DNA of 64,000 nucleotides from Kiritimatiellia bacterium (GCA_040767085.1 JAXGPF010000007.1:1-64000); one strand, 5' to 3'. Positions 19,383 through 31,257 are shown, numbered from the stretch's first letter. Notes: generated from the letters alone by a model not told the origin. Translations and numbers: made by a program.

Positions 19383-20834
19383 TCATACATCCGGCCCCAT
19401 GACGCCGTAACTCCACGGCGTACCCGGCGTCTTGACCAGCGTCGGGGCCGGCAAAGCGCCAGGCATCAAATCCGCCAGCAATCGCGCCGCGGCGCGGGCG
19501 ATTTTTTCCCCCGCATCCGCCGCCAGCGTGGAATATGAAGTCAATACCGTTTCATACCCGCCGCCCTCGGGGCGGAAGGCGTCGCGGCCGGGCACGTAGC
19601 CGGCGCTGCCGTTGGCCAGTTCAACGACAAACGTACAGGGAAATTTCGACGCTGCCTTGATTTGCAGGCCCAGATGGCAAAAAAACTCGGACGGATTAGC
19701 GGCCAGGACCACCGGGCCGATCTGGATGGCCTGAACTTCCACCGGCATGACCGGCTGTGTCCGCGCCAGGTAATCGGCCAGGACATATTCCTTGGCGAAA
19801 ATCCAGGCCGCGGTTGCGCGCCGTTTTGGGTCATGCAATCCCAGGCGGGCTTCCGCCAGGCTGGCGCGCAACCGCTGCCGGTCCGGCCGCCGGCGCGGTA
19901 TCCTCAAAATTTTCCGGCGCGCGACGACCGCCGCTTTATGCCATGGGCCGCGTTCGGCGGTCGCCAGCACTTTCACGGCTTCCGCGCCTACGCGCGTCCC
20001 GACGAATTCCGACCACCTTTCCCCGAACTCCGAGGCGCGCAGGGATTGGTTGTTGACTTGCGTGACATCCCCGCAGGCGCCGTTGAGGAACACCGTCACC
20101 CCCTGCCCGCCCATCACTCCGCGGATTGTACGGTCGAGATGGTAAATCCAGTCGGCGGAAGCGACCGGGCCGCCCAGCACGGTGCCATGGCAGGTGAAAT
20201 TCACCACGCAACCCAGGTAAGCGCCGCTTTGGCTCCAGGCCCCGATCACGCCCACATCCGGGTCCGTCGGACCGGCCGGTTCGACGATGTCCGGATTGCC
20301 TTTGCCCGGATGCGTGTATACCCGGCCCTGGAGCATGCGGAACCGGCGGTTGAAGGCCACCTGATCCTCGCGGCCAATACCGGCGGACAGCACTGCCTTC
20401 TGTTTGCGGCGGTCGGCTTCCACCACCGCCGTTACCGCCTGCCGGGCCAGCCATTCCACGTAGAAAGCGTCAATTTCCGGTGAAAACTCCAGCGCCAGGC
20501 GTTTGATCAGCGCGGGCGCGCGGGCGTAGGATGCCCGGAACTGACCCAGCGTGCACGGGCCGTTATGCGTGTGGGAAGCGGCCATGAGAACGGCAGCGCC
20601 GGGAATGCCGCAACGCCGCTCGATTTCCGCGCGCGCACGCTGGACGAATTCGCTGGAGGGCAAGGCGCAGATATCCAGGCCGACCAGGGCCGTCCGGTTC
20701 CTGCCGTCATCGAACACCGCCGCGCGGGCGTATAACCGGTCATGCATGCCTTCCAGCAGCAACTTGCCGTAGCAGCCGGCGCGTTCGATGCCGATGGGCG
20801 GCGTAATGTCAGTCTGATAAAATCCAGCTTGCAT
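19383..20834 (-). CDS. Neutral/alkaline ceramidase-like amidohydrolase
   Basis: DITPP, HDRLYARA, ASHTHNGP, FNRR, NFTCH, LNGACGDV, ELANG..GYVP, YE motifs. Confidence 0.75.
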   Translation of the reverse strand: MQAGFYQTDITPPIGIERAGCYGKLLLEGMHDRLYARAAVFDDGRNRTALVGLDICALPSSEFVQRARAEIERRCGIPGAAVLMAASHTHNGPCTLGQFRASYARAPALIKRLALEFSPEIDAFYVEWLARQAVTAVVEADRRKQKAVLSAGIGREDQVAFNRRFRMLQGRVYTHPGKGNPDIVEPAGPTDPDVGVIGAWSQSGAYLGCVVNFTCHGTVLGGPVASADWIYHLDRTIRGVMGGQGVTVFLNGACGDVTQVNNQSLRASEFGERWSEFVGTRVGAEAVKVLATAERGPWHKAAVVARRKILRIPRRRPDRQRLRASLAEARLGLHDPKRRATAAWIFAKEYVLADYLARTQPVMPVEVQAIQIGPVVLAANPSEFFCHLGLQIKAASKFPCTFVVELANGSAGYVPGRDAFRPEGGGYETVLTSYSTLAADAGEKIARAAARLLADLMPGALPAPTLVKTPGTPWSYGVMGPDV

Positions 20835-20943
20835 ATCGTTCCCCCGGCAGGTTCACGGTTTCAAACTCGGGGATTATTATTGCATAAAGGCGGAAATATA
20901 TCTTGCTTTATTTTTAAAATATTTTGCACTATATTCTCCCCCG

Positions 20944-21819
20944 GTGAAAGCATCTTCCAATAAACCGCTCTTTACCCGATGGCGGGATTGCGTCCCGGCC
21001 GGCCGGCTATACAACGTCCATGAAATCCGGCGGCAAAACGTTCCGCCCGGCCAGACGTCCGGGACGCATGCGCACGATTTCGCGGAAGTGTTCTGGGTCA
21101 GCCAGGGAAGTTGCACGCATGCCATCAACGGCGCGGAGCAGGTCATGCAGGCCGGGGAACTCTGCCTGATCCGCCCGCGGCGCGATACCCACGCCCTGCG
21201 GATGCAGCGCGGCCCGTTAACCTTATTCAACGTGGCCTTTCCTGGCGCGATTCTGAACGACTTATGCCGGCGTTACCCGGCCTTGCACGAAATATGGCGT
21301 CCAGTCAAACCGCAGCCGACAGTGCTGCGCCTGACGGAAGCCGAGTTGCAGTGGTTGGATGGCGCCGCCGGCGAACTGCGGCGCGCGCCGCAGGACCGGA
21401 TGCTGCTGGATTGTTTCCTGATGGGGTTGATCAATTCATTCCGTCAGAGCCAGGCCGACCCCTGGCGCGCCTGCCCGCCCTGGCTGCAGGAAGCCGCGCG
21501 CGCGATGCGGCAGCCGGAGAACATGACCGGGGGCATCCCGGCCTTTTTCAAGCATTGCCGACGGTCGCCGGCGCATGTGGCGCGGATGCTGAAAAAGCAC
21601 ACCGGCATGACACCCTCGTACGTTGTCAACCAAGCGCGGCTGGAGCACGCTGCCGCCTGCCTGCAGGATGCCGGGGCCAAAATTCAGACGGTTGCCCTCG
21701 ACTGCGGGTTCAACAGTCTGTCGTATTTTTACCGGGTGTTCCGCCGCCGCTACGGGCTGACGCCGCGCCGTTACCGCCGGCAGCATGCCACGCTTCCCGC
21801 GCAGATGGGGCTGGCGTGA
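20944..21819 (+). CDS. AraC family transcriptional regulator (cupin + HTH)
   Basis: HAHDFAEVFWV N-terminal cupin; VALDCGFNSLSYFYRVFRRRYGLTP. Exact start uncertain (GTG). Confidence 0.9.
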   Translation: MKASSNKPLFTRWRDCVPAGRLYNVHEIRRQNVPPGQTSGTHAHDFAEVFWVSQGSCTHAINGAEQVMQAGELCLIRPRRDTHALRMQRGPLTLFNVAFPGAILNDLCRRYPALHEIWRPVKPQPTVLRLTEAELQWLDGAAGELRRAPQDRMLLDCFLMGLINSFRQSQADPWRACPPWLQEAARAMRQPENMTGGIPAFFKHCRRSPAHVARMLKKHTGMTPSYVVNQARLEHAAACLQDAGAKIQTVALDCGFNSLSYFYRVFRRRYGLTPRRYRRQHATLPAQMGLA

Positions 21820-21939
21820 TGCTGGCGATTATTGCATCTACTCCATTCCGATCAAGTTGGTCTAACTGCGCCATACTTGCGCGGTGCAAAATTCACGAAC
21901 CAACTTTCGCGTTGCAGAGCGTTTTTGAGCGACAAGGCG

Positions 21940-23391
21940 TCAATTTTGGCTGCCGGCCACCGCGGCGCGCCAATGAAATTCCGCGGCGGCTTCCGGGGCG
22001 GCCGCCGCGTTGACCGTAAAGCTTCGGGCATCGATGCCGTCCACCCAGAAATCCGCGGCCGCGCCCGGACGGTTGGCGGGAGTAAGCTGCACCGCCGCCG
22101 GCGGGGCGGCGAGACCGTGTTCGACGGCGATGGATGTCTGGCCGGCGGGAATGGCGGCCAGGCCGGCATTCACGGTAGCATAACCGGGATTCATACCCCA
22201 GACAACGTGGCCGTCTACGTGTTTGACAGTGGAATTAAAAAACTGGTTGCCGTTGATGTATATCCGGCATTCATCGCCGCGGAGCGGGCAGTTGATTTTC
22301 AGCGGGCTGTTTATGAGCAGGTTATGCTCGAAAGTCACCCCGCCGCCGCCCTTGGCGCTGCCGATCACCACCGGCACGCCGCGGAAGATGTTGTTGTTGA
22401 CCATGTCCATGTAGCCGTCAATCAATACCGACCGGGTTGTGCCGTTGTTGACGACGATATTGCCGGCGATAATCCCGTGGTAGAGGTTGGTGACATGGCC
22501 GCCGCCATAGGCGATCGAGGGCCAGTTATTGATCGGATGCGCGCTGATCGTTCCGCCGGGCTCGATCAGGATCTTGTTGTTGATGATATGATAATTATAA
22601 GAGGCGTCGGTGGAAAACCCGAACCCGGCCCGGTCGCCTTCCTTCATCCGCAGGGTGCAACCCTCGATGCGCCCGGAATCGCCCAGCAATTCGATGACAT
22701 GGGAGCCGAAGGAGCCGGTAAAGTAGCAATTCAGCACTTCCACGGCCGAGCCGGAGAGCATGACGGCCATGACCTGGCAATCTTCGATCCGGCAATTTTC
22801 CACCCGGATGTTGCAGGGCGTGGGCCCCAGCGCGGACCGGTCAATCGCCTTGACCCCGTTGCCGCCCTGCCAGCCGGAACGCGCGCGGTCCCAGGGCGCT
22901 TGACGCTGGCCATTGCCGTTGATGTACAAGTCCCGGATGGCGACATTGCTGATATCGCCCTTGATCCAGACCACGTTGATGTCGGTCAGGCCGTCCTGTA
23001 AAATCAAGCGAGTGCCTTGTCCCTCCCCCGTCAAGATGACATTGCCCCGGAAGATGCTGATGCCGCCATATGTGCCCGCCACCCCGCCGATGCTGTATGT
23101 GCCGGCCGTCAAATGCACCTTCCCGCCGCCGGCCGGCAACGCCGCCACGGCCGCGTTGATGACGACATGGTCGTTCGAGCCGGGACAGACAAAATCAGCC
23201 GACGCCTGCAGGCGGGCGTCGGCATCGGCGGCCGCCACGACAAATGTCGCGGTGCGCGCCGCCGGAGCATTCGTGGATGCAGCCGCTCCGGGACCGGCCA
23301 GGGCGGCAGCCGTCGGCAATGCCGCCGCGCCAAGAAACGCCAACCGCCAAAGCGCCGCCGCCCGCCACCCGCGCATGGTACATGGTTGCAT
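21940..23391 (-). CDS. Secreted right-handed beta-helix protein (pectate-lyase-3-like N-terminus)
   Basis: Signal peptide; ADFVCPGSNDHVVINAAVAALPAGGGKVHLTAGTY; repeated I.NN.I patterns. Confidence 0.75.
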   Translation of the reverse strand: MQPCTMRGWRAAALWRLAFLGAAALPTAAALAGPGAAASTNAPAARTATFVVAAADADARLQASADFVCPGSNDHVVINAAVAALPAGGGKVHLTAGTYSIGGVAGTYGGISIFRGNVILTGEGQGTRLILQDGLTDINVVWIKGDISNVAIRDLYINGNGQRQAPWDRARSGWQGGNGVKAIDRSALGPTPCNIRVENCRIEDCQVMAVMLSGSAVEVLNCYFTGSFGSHVIELLGDSGRIEGCTLRMKEGDRAGFGFSTDASYNYHIINNKILIEPGGTISAHPINNWPSIAYGGGHVTNLYHGIIAGNIVVNNGTTRSVLIDGYMDMVNNNIFRGVPVVIGSAKGGGGVTFEHNLLINSPLKINCPLRGDECRIYINGNQFFNSTVKHVDGHVVWGMNPGYATVNAGLAAIPAGQTSIAVEHGLAAPPAAVQLTPANRPGAAADFWVDGIDARSFTVNAAAAPEAAAEFHWRAAVAGSQN

Positions 23392-23426
23392 GATCGCCTC
23401 TTTTGTTCAATTATGCTCCCGCATCT

Positions 23427-25079
23427 TCACTTGATTAACAGCATGGTGCCATGGGCGACATATTCATAGCATCCCATGTCAACCAGGCCGCTGAACCGGT
23501 CCAGGCGGGCTTTGGCGTCCAGGTCAAAGGCATCAGCCATCCAAAGCTGGTTGGAGCCGGCATTCACGCAGACGGACAGGCGCGACAGCCGGTAATCTCC
23601 CGCTTCCCAGTCAATGAATGCGGGATCCGCAGCGGTGTTCTCGGCGCCGTAAACGCCCACCGACGGCGCCGTGCAGCAGTAATTGAATTTCGGCGTGGAA
23701 GACGAAATGTAATAATTGGAATGGATGCTCCCCCCGCCGTTGGTGTTATTATAGATGATGGAATTTTCCACAAAACATGGGGAGGAAGAAAAATATAATC
23801 CGCCGCCGTATATTGCGGCGTAATTGCTGACAACCGTGCAATTTTGAAGCACTGAATTGGTCCCCTGGTAAAAGTAAACCGCGCCATAGTTGCCGGTGGA
23901 CACATTACCGGCGATAAGGCAATTACGCACCGTGATATCCGAGCCTGTCCATAGCACCAGCCCCGCGCCATTGGTTGATATGTTGCCGATAATCCGGCAG
24001 TTTTCCACCATGCCGGTATTGTTGACATACAGGCCGCCGCCGCCGCGGTTATGGCCGATGCCATGGCCCAGGTTGCCGATGATATCCGCATATCTGCACG
24101 ATGCATAATCCATATACACACCGCCGCCATAGCCGGCAACGTTGCTCGCCACAAAGCAATGCTCGGCAGCCGCGCCATTTCGCATGTACAGCCCGCCGCC
24201 GATGCCGGCAGTTGCATACGAAACATTGCCATTGACCGTGCAATACGCCGTCGTGGAGAGCGCGTTTTCATTATACATGCCCGCCCCGTGGGATTTGTTG
24301 GAGTTAATGGAAATTTCCGAGTGCGTCACCAGTCCGCCGACGAGATTCGCGCCGCCGGCGGTACCGACGGAATAGTTGAATTTAACGCGCGTATTGGTCA
24401 CCAGGCAGGCATGCGACAACGAAAGGCCGCCGCCTGAACCGGCAGAGTAATTGGAAACGACATCGCAATTGTCAAGCACCCCACCCCACACGCGCGCCCC
24501 GCCGCCTGCCACCAGCGAAGTGTTTCCGTTAATCAGGCAATTGCGCACCACGCCGGCGGACTGGACCATCACGCCGCCGCCCAGGTACTGCGCTTTACAT
24601 GCAAGCACCGAGCACTCGAATAACATCCCTTTGTTGACATACACGCCGCCGCCCGCCTGCCCGGTGGTCAGGCCCTCGCCATAAGCCCAGCCGTTGGTGA
24701 TGGTAAACCCCGCCACCACGGCGTTGGTATGGTCGATATAAAAGCAGCGGTTGGAGGTCGGATTGCCGGAAAGATTCCCGCCATTGATAATCGTGCCCGC
24801 GCGGTCCAACGCTCCGTCATGCCAACTACAGACGGTCATCGCCGCGGCAATTTCCACCTGACTGGTCAGGTTATATGTGCCGTTGGACACCCAGACATTG
24901 GTCCAGTCCTGCCCGACGGCGGCGTTGACCGCCTGCTGGATGTTGGTGGCCGCGGTCGCCCATGAATTAAACGGGCTGGATGGATTCACGCCGGCCGTGT
25001 CCGGCGGCACGACATGGCTGACCTGCCCCATGGCCGCGGCGGCTATCAGACAGCAACTGACAAACACTTTTGACTTCAT
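23427..25079 (-). CDS. Secreted beta-helix/GG-repeat protein with a choice-of-anchor-Q-like C-terminus
   Basis: SWATAATNIQQAV; many N.a..GGG repeats; DYRLSRLSVCVNAG...DMGCYEY; ATG 25079 with GGAGGAG RBS. Confidence 0.85.
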   Translation of the reverse strand: MKSKVFVSCCLIAAAAMGQVSHVVPPDTAGVNPSSPFNSWATAATNIQQAVNAAVGQDWTNVWVSNGTYNLTSQVEIAAAMTVCSWHDGALDRAGTIINGGNLSGNPTSNRCFYIDHTNAVVAGFTITNGWAYGEGLTTGQAGGGVYVNKGMLFECSVLACKAQYLGGGVMVQSAGVVRNCLINGNTSLVAGGGARVWGGVLDNCDVVSNYSAGSGGGLSLSHACLVTNTRVKFNYSVGTAGGANLVGGLVTHSEISINSNKSHGAGMYNENALSTTAYCTVNGNVSYATAGIGGGLYMRNGAAAEHCFVASNVAGYGGGVYMDYASCRYADIIGNLGHGIGHNRGGGGLYVNNTGMVENCRIIGNISTNGAGLVLWTGSDITVRNCLIAGNVSTGNYGAVYFYQGTNSVLQNCTVVSNYAAIYGGGLYFSSSPCFVENSIIYNNTNGGGSIHSNYYISSSTPKFNYCCTAPSVGVYGAENTAADPAFIDWEAGDYRLSRLSVCVNAGSNQLWMADAFDLDAKARLDRFSGLVDMGCYEYVAHGTMLLIK

Positions 25080-25103
25080 TGACAATCTCCTCCTTTTGTG
25101 TTG

Positions 25104-28100
25104 TTACGGCTTACTGTTGATTTTCATGATTGGCGACGGAAAATCCACGACGCGGATCGGCTGGTTGTCGGCCTTGGCAAACCGGCACCGGATGCCCCAG
25201 GCATTGCCGTTGTTCAAATCGAATGCTATGACGAGTTCATGCTCGCCTGCCGCCAGATCCAGGTCCGCCTGAGTCCGATCGGGCGTGATGGGCGGACGTG
25301 ATTTCGGATCGCAGGCCAGGGGGCGGCCGTCCATGAAAATGCGCGCGCCGCCGTCATGCCCAAGCCGTAAGGAATATTTCCCCGGAAGACGCACATGAAT
25401 GCGGTTGGCCAGGTAAATAATGCCGTCGCCATGGCCGGGCGGATAAACCGCCTGCACACCGATCCGGCCGGAAGTCGGATCGTCGGCCGGGATGGGGCGC
25501 CAGCCGGCATTCTGGGCCAGCCCGACCCAGGGCGCATTGCTGACCGAGCCCTTGTGTTCGATGATTTTTGACACCTGCCAGCCGTCAGTAAGAAACATCC
25601 CCGTATCGGTCGGCAGGTTGCGGTTATGCAAATCCTCGCGGTATATCCGCCAGAACCGGTCCTGGGTCAAAATCGCATAGGCTTGGCCGTATGCATGCCC
25701 GGCCAGCGCCTGGTCCAATGCGGCCAGCCGGGCATCGAAAAATTCCCGGGCAGCCTGGTCCAGCATGCCGGCCAGACTCCGGTCGGACAACAACTCCCCG
25801 ATTTCTTTCCGGATATCTGTGAAATACGCTCGTTCCGCTTCCGGCGGATTTTCGATTTTATACGAGACGATTTCCAGGTTCGGACTGTCGGACTTGCCGG
25901 CCGCCAGTCCGAATGGCGCCAATTCCAAGGCCATGATTTTTTGCGAACCGCTGCCGGCGGAGATTTTCAAGGCTTCGCCGCCGGCCAGTGGCAGCACCGG
26001 CTGATCGGAATTGATTTCCAGGACGGCTTTCAATCGCAGCGGGGTGGGATTGGCCACATAAAAAAACATTTGGCCGTCCTTACGCAACTGGCGAATGGCC
26101 AGGTTGCTCTCCAACCCGGTTTCCAGCACCGGCAGAAACCGTTCCACCGGCAAGGCCGTATAAACGCGGGCGAATTCGCGCAACTCCTGCTCGTGGCCGA
26201 TCGGCAAATTGATGTCCGAAAACCCGTAGAGCAAGCGGTCCGGCTCCGCCGTGAGCAGCGCCTGAACAAAGACTTCCCGGGCGCTGGCGCCGGACGGCTG
26301 GCCGTTGGCGCGGATTTTGTAGCGCTCCAGCACCCAGTCGCCCATCGCCAGTTCGCCGCCGGACGTGCCCTTGGCCTTATGGCCCGGGGCCGATACGGAA
26401 ATTTCCGCCTGGTTGATCATGGCAAACGCGTACCGGGCGCCGCCCTGGTTGAAGACATTGTAAACGGCGGAATCCGCGGCCTTGCGCCAGATATCCGCAT
26501 TGCGGTGGCTGCTGCGCCCGCCGTAGCTTGTGCCGTAAAGCGACCAGCTCATCAGCGTCTGCCCCAGCCAGATGCCGGACCGGCCGAATAAAACCGGATC
26601 AATGCTGAAACCCCGCATGAATTCATGGAACGGCAATTCCGTGCCGTCCCAGTATTCCATGGAGACCGGATTGACGCCCATGATGCCGCACATCACGTCC
26701 AGGTCGCCGCGGCGCTCTTGCAGGACCTTGCGCGCGCCATCCACAAACTCGAACGCAGCCCGGCAACGCCATGACCGGAACGCGGCCTTGTTGCCCGGAT
26801 CGCCCAGGTAGGCCGCGCGGCGCGCGAACCGGCCGGGGCCAGTGTCGTCGAACGGCAGTTTAAGGCCGGCATCGCGCGCGAACGCGGCGAAAGAATGATC
26901 GTCGTAAATGTTCAACGCTTCCGTGAAAGCGTTGCCGCCCTTGTATGGGTAAAGCAGGTCGGGGGTCCCGATCATCAGGTGCACCCCGGTGAAATTCGGC
27001 ATGTCGAAGATATCGGCCAACTCGCCGATCATGCCGTAAAATCTTTCTTGAACCAGCGGATGCACCCAGTTGATGCATTCGCGCTTGGCGCCCATCGGCG
27101 GAAGTTGTTCGCCCTTGGCGTTGACGGCCCAGACGGTGTCGGCGCCCTGCGCCACCTGGGCGTTGTTGGCAAGCGTGACAATATCGTCAAATTTCATCAA
27201 CTGTACCGAAGCGCCGAATTTTATATTGTTCACATCGAACGTCCGCGCCATGACCCGTTTCAGGCACGGGACGATCCGCGATGTCGGCAGATCGAAGTCG
27301 CGCACCAAGCCGGTATTCATCCGGTTATATTGCCAGACGCCGATCATGTGGGTGTTTTGTCCCGCGAATTTCAAATACTGGGTGTACTTGTCCGCCGTCG
27401 CCTGCATCCAGACCAGGTCCTGGATAAAGCGGCGCAGGGGCGGCCAGGTTTTGTCCTTCTCCTGTTCCGATGCCAGCGTGCGCGGCGTGTCCACGCCGAA
27501 GTTCAGGCCGTGACCGGACTCGTAATAACACCGCTCGTTGAGCGTGCCGAACATCCGGTTGGTTCCAAACGCCATGGCCGGCAGATCGCCTCTGACATGA
27601 TGGATTTTCAACGAACAGGCAGCCGCCGGGCGCAGCACCCGCTCCGAGCAGTTGACGATATCTATCGAATGCACCCCGCTGTCGGCCACATGCAGCCAGT
27701 AAAGTTTCTGCGGATGATGCGTCAGCCGGTACTTGCCGCCCGTGCCCACGCCCACGCCCGTCTGGGCATCGGCGCCCACGCCGAATTTGGACGCCACCAC
27801 AGCCACGAAGTCGCGTTCGGCGTCATCCGGATATTCCAGTTCCATCAGGTAAAAATCGCCGGGATGCCGGAACGGATTCAGCCGGAAGCTGAACCCGCTG
27901 CCCAGGCCATCCGCGCCCTCGCGGTAAGTCAAGCCATCCTTGTTAATGATGCGGGGCTGCTCAACGCCCTGGGCCTCCTTGCCGTACCTGGCAATCCATT
28001 CGATCCATGGGCGGGAATCATCGGGATTGGTGAAATCAATCGCGTCTTCCAATTCCAGGTCCAGCCCATCCAGGTAATCCGCGCCCGCCGCGACTTTCTG

Positions 28101-29495
28101 GTCGAGTTTGCGGATCACCATGAACGGTTCGCGCGGGCGTTGCTCGACAATCTCCCCGCCGGCTTTGAGCGTCAGGGCGATGGTGTAAACGCCGCCGGGC
28201 AAACGGCCGGCGGAAATTTTTGCCGCCAGGCCGCCCGGGCGCGCTTCAAATCCATCCTGCATCCCGGTGCTTTCCACGGAACTGAGGCCATCCGCGCCGG
28301 CGCGTCCGACGGCATATTCCAAGGCCGGCTGCCGGCCGGCCAGGCCGGGTGGCAGGGCGATGTCGAATTGTATTTCTTCCTGGTCCGTGTAATACAATTG
28401 ATCCCGCAACGGATTGGCGATCACGATCAAGCCGTCATGCTCAGGCACGAGCACGCTGCCATCAAAATACGAGCGCGGCCGGAAAATATAATCCTGGGTC
28501 CGGACCGGCGCCCAATTTACATCGTCGAAACCCGGCGCATTCCATCCGGTCGGCGGGGGTAGGCCGTCCAAAGCCTTCCAGGAATCATCAGTTCGCAAAT
28601 TAATGGTTTCCCCGGACTCCATAATGACGTTCATTTGCAGGTAAACGGTGGGCGCATGGGGGGGAACCCCATAATATTCGAATCCGACGCAGTTCGTTCC
28701 GGATTGGAGATATGGCGCCAGGTCCAGCGCCGCCGCATGCTGCCAGTAAACCGGGCCGCGGCGCGGCACTGCCCGGCCGTTGATGAACAGCAGGGAACGC
28801 ATCCGGACATTTTGATAGTGGGTGCCGTCCGGCATGCCGGCCGCCACCATGGCCACGGCGCGCCAGACCTTGCCGGTTGGCAGCAGGAATTCCCGCCGGC
28901 AGACGCCGGCCGTTACCGGCTGGCTAATCCGGACCTGCTCAATTTCGAAGACATCGCCGCGCCGGCCGGCAATGATGAATTCGAATCCGTCCGGCGTGGG
29001 AAACTGGACGGCATTGTCTTTGAACAACAAATCGCTCCAGTTTGTGCCCGTCAAAACCTGCGAAAGGGATTGTGCCAGCGATTGCGGAGTCCGCATCCGG
29101 ACGCCATCCGCCCAGGGGATCATGTTCCAGGCGCTGTTGGTCCCGGATTGCCGTACACGCAATGCAACATCATTGCGCTATTCCCATAAACCGGCGACTT
29201 CCGGCGCGGGCTGCGTCCCCTGGCAATTGCCCCACCCCAGCACTGCCCGCCCGGCGGCAAGTGTAAAACGCAGGTTATTGCCTTCGGCCTGCACATTGGT
29301 AACGCCCTGGAAAAAGGTAAAATTCGCCCGGTTCGACGATGGCGAAAATGTCATCTCAACCTGGGATTGCGGCAATTGGAGCTGCCGGGCCGGAAAACAT
29401 TCACGCAAGGCCGGCTCCGCGCCGGACGCCCACACGGCCGCCAGGCAACCAGCGCCCCACAACATCCCCGCCAATCTTCCAAATCCATTGCGCAT
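25104..29495 (-). pseudogene. Large secreted putative carbohydrate-active protein (1463 codons) interrupted by one in-frame TAG at 29178-29180
   Basis: ORFs 29178-29495 (signal peptide) and 25104-29162 are in the same frame: ...GLWE*RNDVALRVRQS... Contains an alpha-rhamnosidase-N-like segment (LRTDDSWK...GWNAPGFDDVNW) and a C-terminal PA14-like beta-sandwich (GHDGGARIFMDG). Confidence 0.7.
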
Positions 29496-29748
29496 GCGCC
29501 GCTCCTTCCCTTAAACCTGAATCCGTGACGGGATTTTATGTTGTTAAGATAATGTCTGAATAAACAACAACTTATGACGTTTTACAATATCACCAAAAAT
29601 GCGTGGCTCTATTTGACGGAAAAGACCGCCCTGCGGGTGAGGCCATTATGCCGCATCTGCTTTGTTGCGAAGGACTCGCGGTATGTTTATACAGCTTCAT
29701 CCTTCGCGCCGCGCATTTGCGGCATACTGACCTGATCACGGATTCAGG

Positions 29749-30801
29749 TTAAAGCGTTTCGCCTTCGATCAATTCCCATGCCAGAACCTTAGACTTGGGC
29801 ATAACGCCGCCGGCCACCCAATCGAGCAGTTTCTGAGCAGCCGTCTCCCCCAGTTGGCGCAAGGGCCGGGCTATCCTGGATGGCACAGGATTGACCAGAT
29901 CGAATGTCATGTGGTCATCCTCGGTGATAACGGCCACATCACGGGGGACATGCAGCTTTTTTTGACGGAGAACAGTCAAGGCGGGGCGAAACAAGGACCC
30001 GGCAATCGCCAGGGCGTTAAATGGGATACGCATGTCAATCAAGGTTTCCAGGCGCGCAGCAAAATTGTCGCGCGGCAGACTTAGCCGTTGATCCATCTTC
30101 ATCCCGCGCCCGCGGAACGCCTCCGCATAGCCCGCCTGAAACAATCTTACGGCATCTGAATCTGCCGCCGCCCCGGTGCCCAGGACGATTTTTCGATGCC
30201 CGCGGCGCAATAACTCACTGGCCATGGCATAATGCAAATCCGATGCGACGGAACAAGCCGCGATCCCCCTGGCTGACAAATCCAGGCTGACAACCTTGAC
30301 CCCGGCGCTTTCCAGTTGCTTGATGGCGCCGGCAGCACGCTGCGCGGGAGCGGCCCAGATCACGCCGGAGAGACGGGCCCGGCGGATTTCGTCCGCCAGG
30401 GTTTGTTCGCACACGCCGGCATTGATGAATTGCAGCAGGTACCTGGAATCGGCCAGCCTGGCGCAGATACCCGCCATGATTTGCATATAGACGCGGTCGG
30501 CATGGACGATCATGCCATTGCCGAATATCAACCCCACGGAACCATGAAATGCGGCGGTGGAAGCGGTCCGCGCGGCAACATAGGTGCCCAACCCATGCCG
30601 TGTAATCAGCAGGCCTTCCACCGTCAACTGGCGCACGGCTTTCATTACCGTGGGCACGCTGGCCCCGTAAATGCGCGCCAATTCGCGGATGGAAGGAATT
30701 TTGGCGCCCGGGCCGGCCATGCGTTCCGCCTGGCTCAAAATGTGCTGCCGGACACGCACATACACCGGCAAATGATCATCGTTTGCGCACCGACGTGCCA
30801 T
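29749..30801 (-). CDS. GntR-family regulator with a LacI-type sugar-binding domain
   Basis: KIPSIRELARIYGASVPTVMKAV..L..EGLL.TRHGLGTYV; RRGHRKI; VPRDVAVI. Confidence 0.88.
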   Translation of the reverse strand: MARRCANDDHLPVYVRVRQHILSQAERMAGPGAKIPSIRELARIYGASVPTVMKAVRQLTVEGLLITRHGLGTYVAARTASTAAFHGSVGLIFGNGMIVHADRVYMQIMAGICARLADSRYLLQFINAGVCEQTLADEIRRARLSGVIWAAPAQRAAGAIKQLESAGVKVVSLDLSARGIAACSVASDLHYAMASELLRRGHRKIVLGTGAAADSDAVRLFQAGYAEAFRGRGMKMDQRLSLPRDNFAARLETLIDMRIPFNALAIAGSLFRPALTVLRQKKLHVPRDVAVITEDDHMTFDLVNPVPSRIARPLRQLGETAAQKLLDWVAGGVMPKSKVLAWELIEGETL

Positions 30802-31012
30802 GGCCGTCTCACGGTTGAGTTGCCTTCAAAAATCAGCTTTTGAAAGCAGTGTTTAGTATCCAGCATTAAGCAGCCAGAATTTTCAGACAACGTAATACAA
30901 TGATATTAAGAAATTGGCTTGTATTCTGAATCCTGAATTCTGACCACTGAACTCATGCAAAACGCGAGTTTTGAAATCCGCTGTTAAACACTGTTACCAT
31001 CAATTAAACTCA

Positions 31013-31040
31013 AGTATACACACCTGCGGGATAATGTCAA
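31013..31040 (-). promoter_or_regulatory. Sigma70-like promoter upstream of the GntR gene
   Basis: TTGACA-N16-TATACT on the minus strand. Confidence 0.6.
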
Positions 31041-31145
31041 GTTATTTCGTTTTTTTATTTCGTTTTTTTGGACATTCCCCCAAAAATCAAGAGCGCTTTT
31101 CAAGGATCGGCGTATTTTCCAAGGGATTGAGCGAAAAATGAATTG

Positions 31146-31176
31146 CCCCTTGTTTGATTCAGGATCAAACAAGGGG
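31146..31176. repeat. Perfect 13-bp inverted repeat (terminator or operator)
   Basis: CCCCTTGTTTGAT-TCAGG-ATCAAACAAGGGG, ~80 nt downstream of the 31258 stop codon. Confidence 0.6.
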
Positions 31177-31257
31177 GAATGCCCCCCGATGCCGGAGGGC
31201 AACGGGAAGGACAGCATCAGCGGCGCAGGTTGCCGGGCTGGGCGCCAGCGGGCGCGG

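Noticed and set aside
29178-29180. Genome-wide amber recoding
   Set aside because: TAG ends several clearly complete genes (1354, 9626, 46559).
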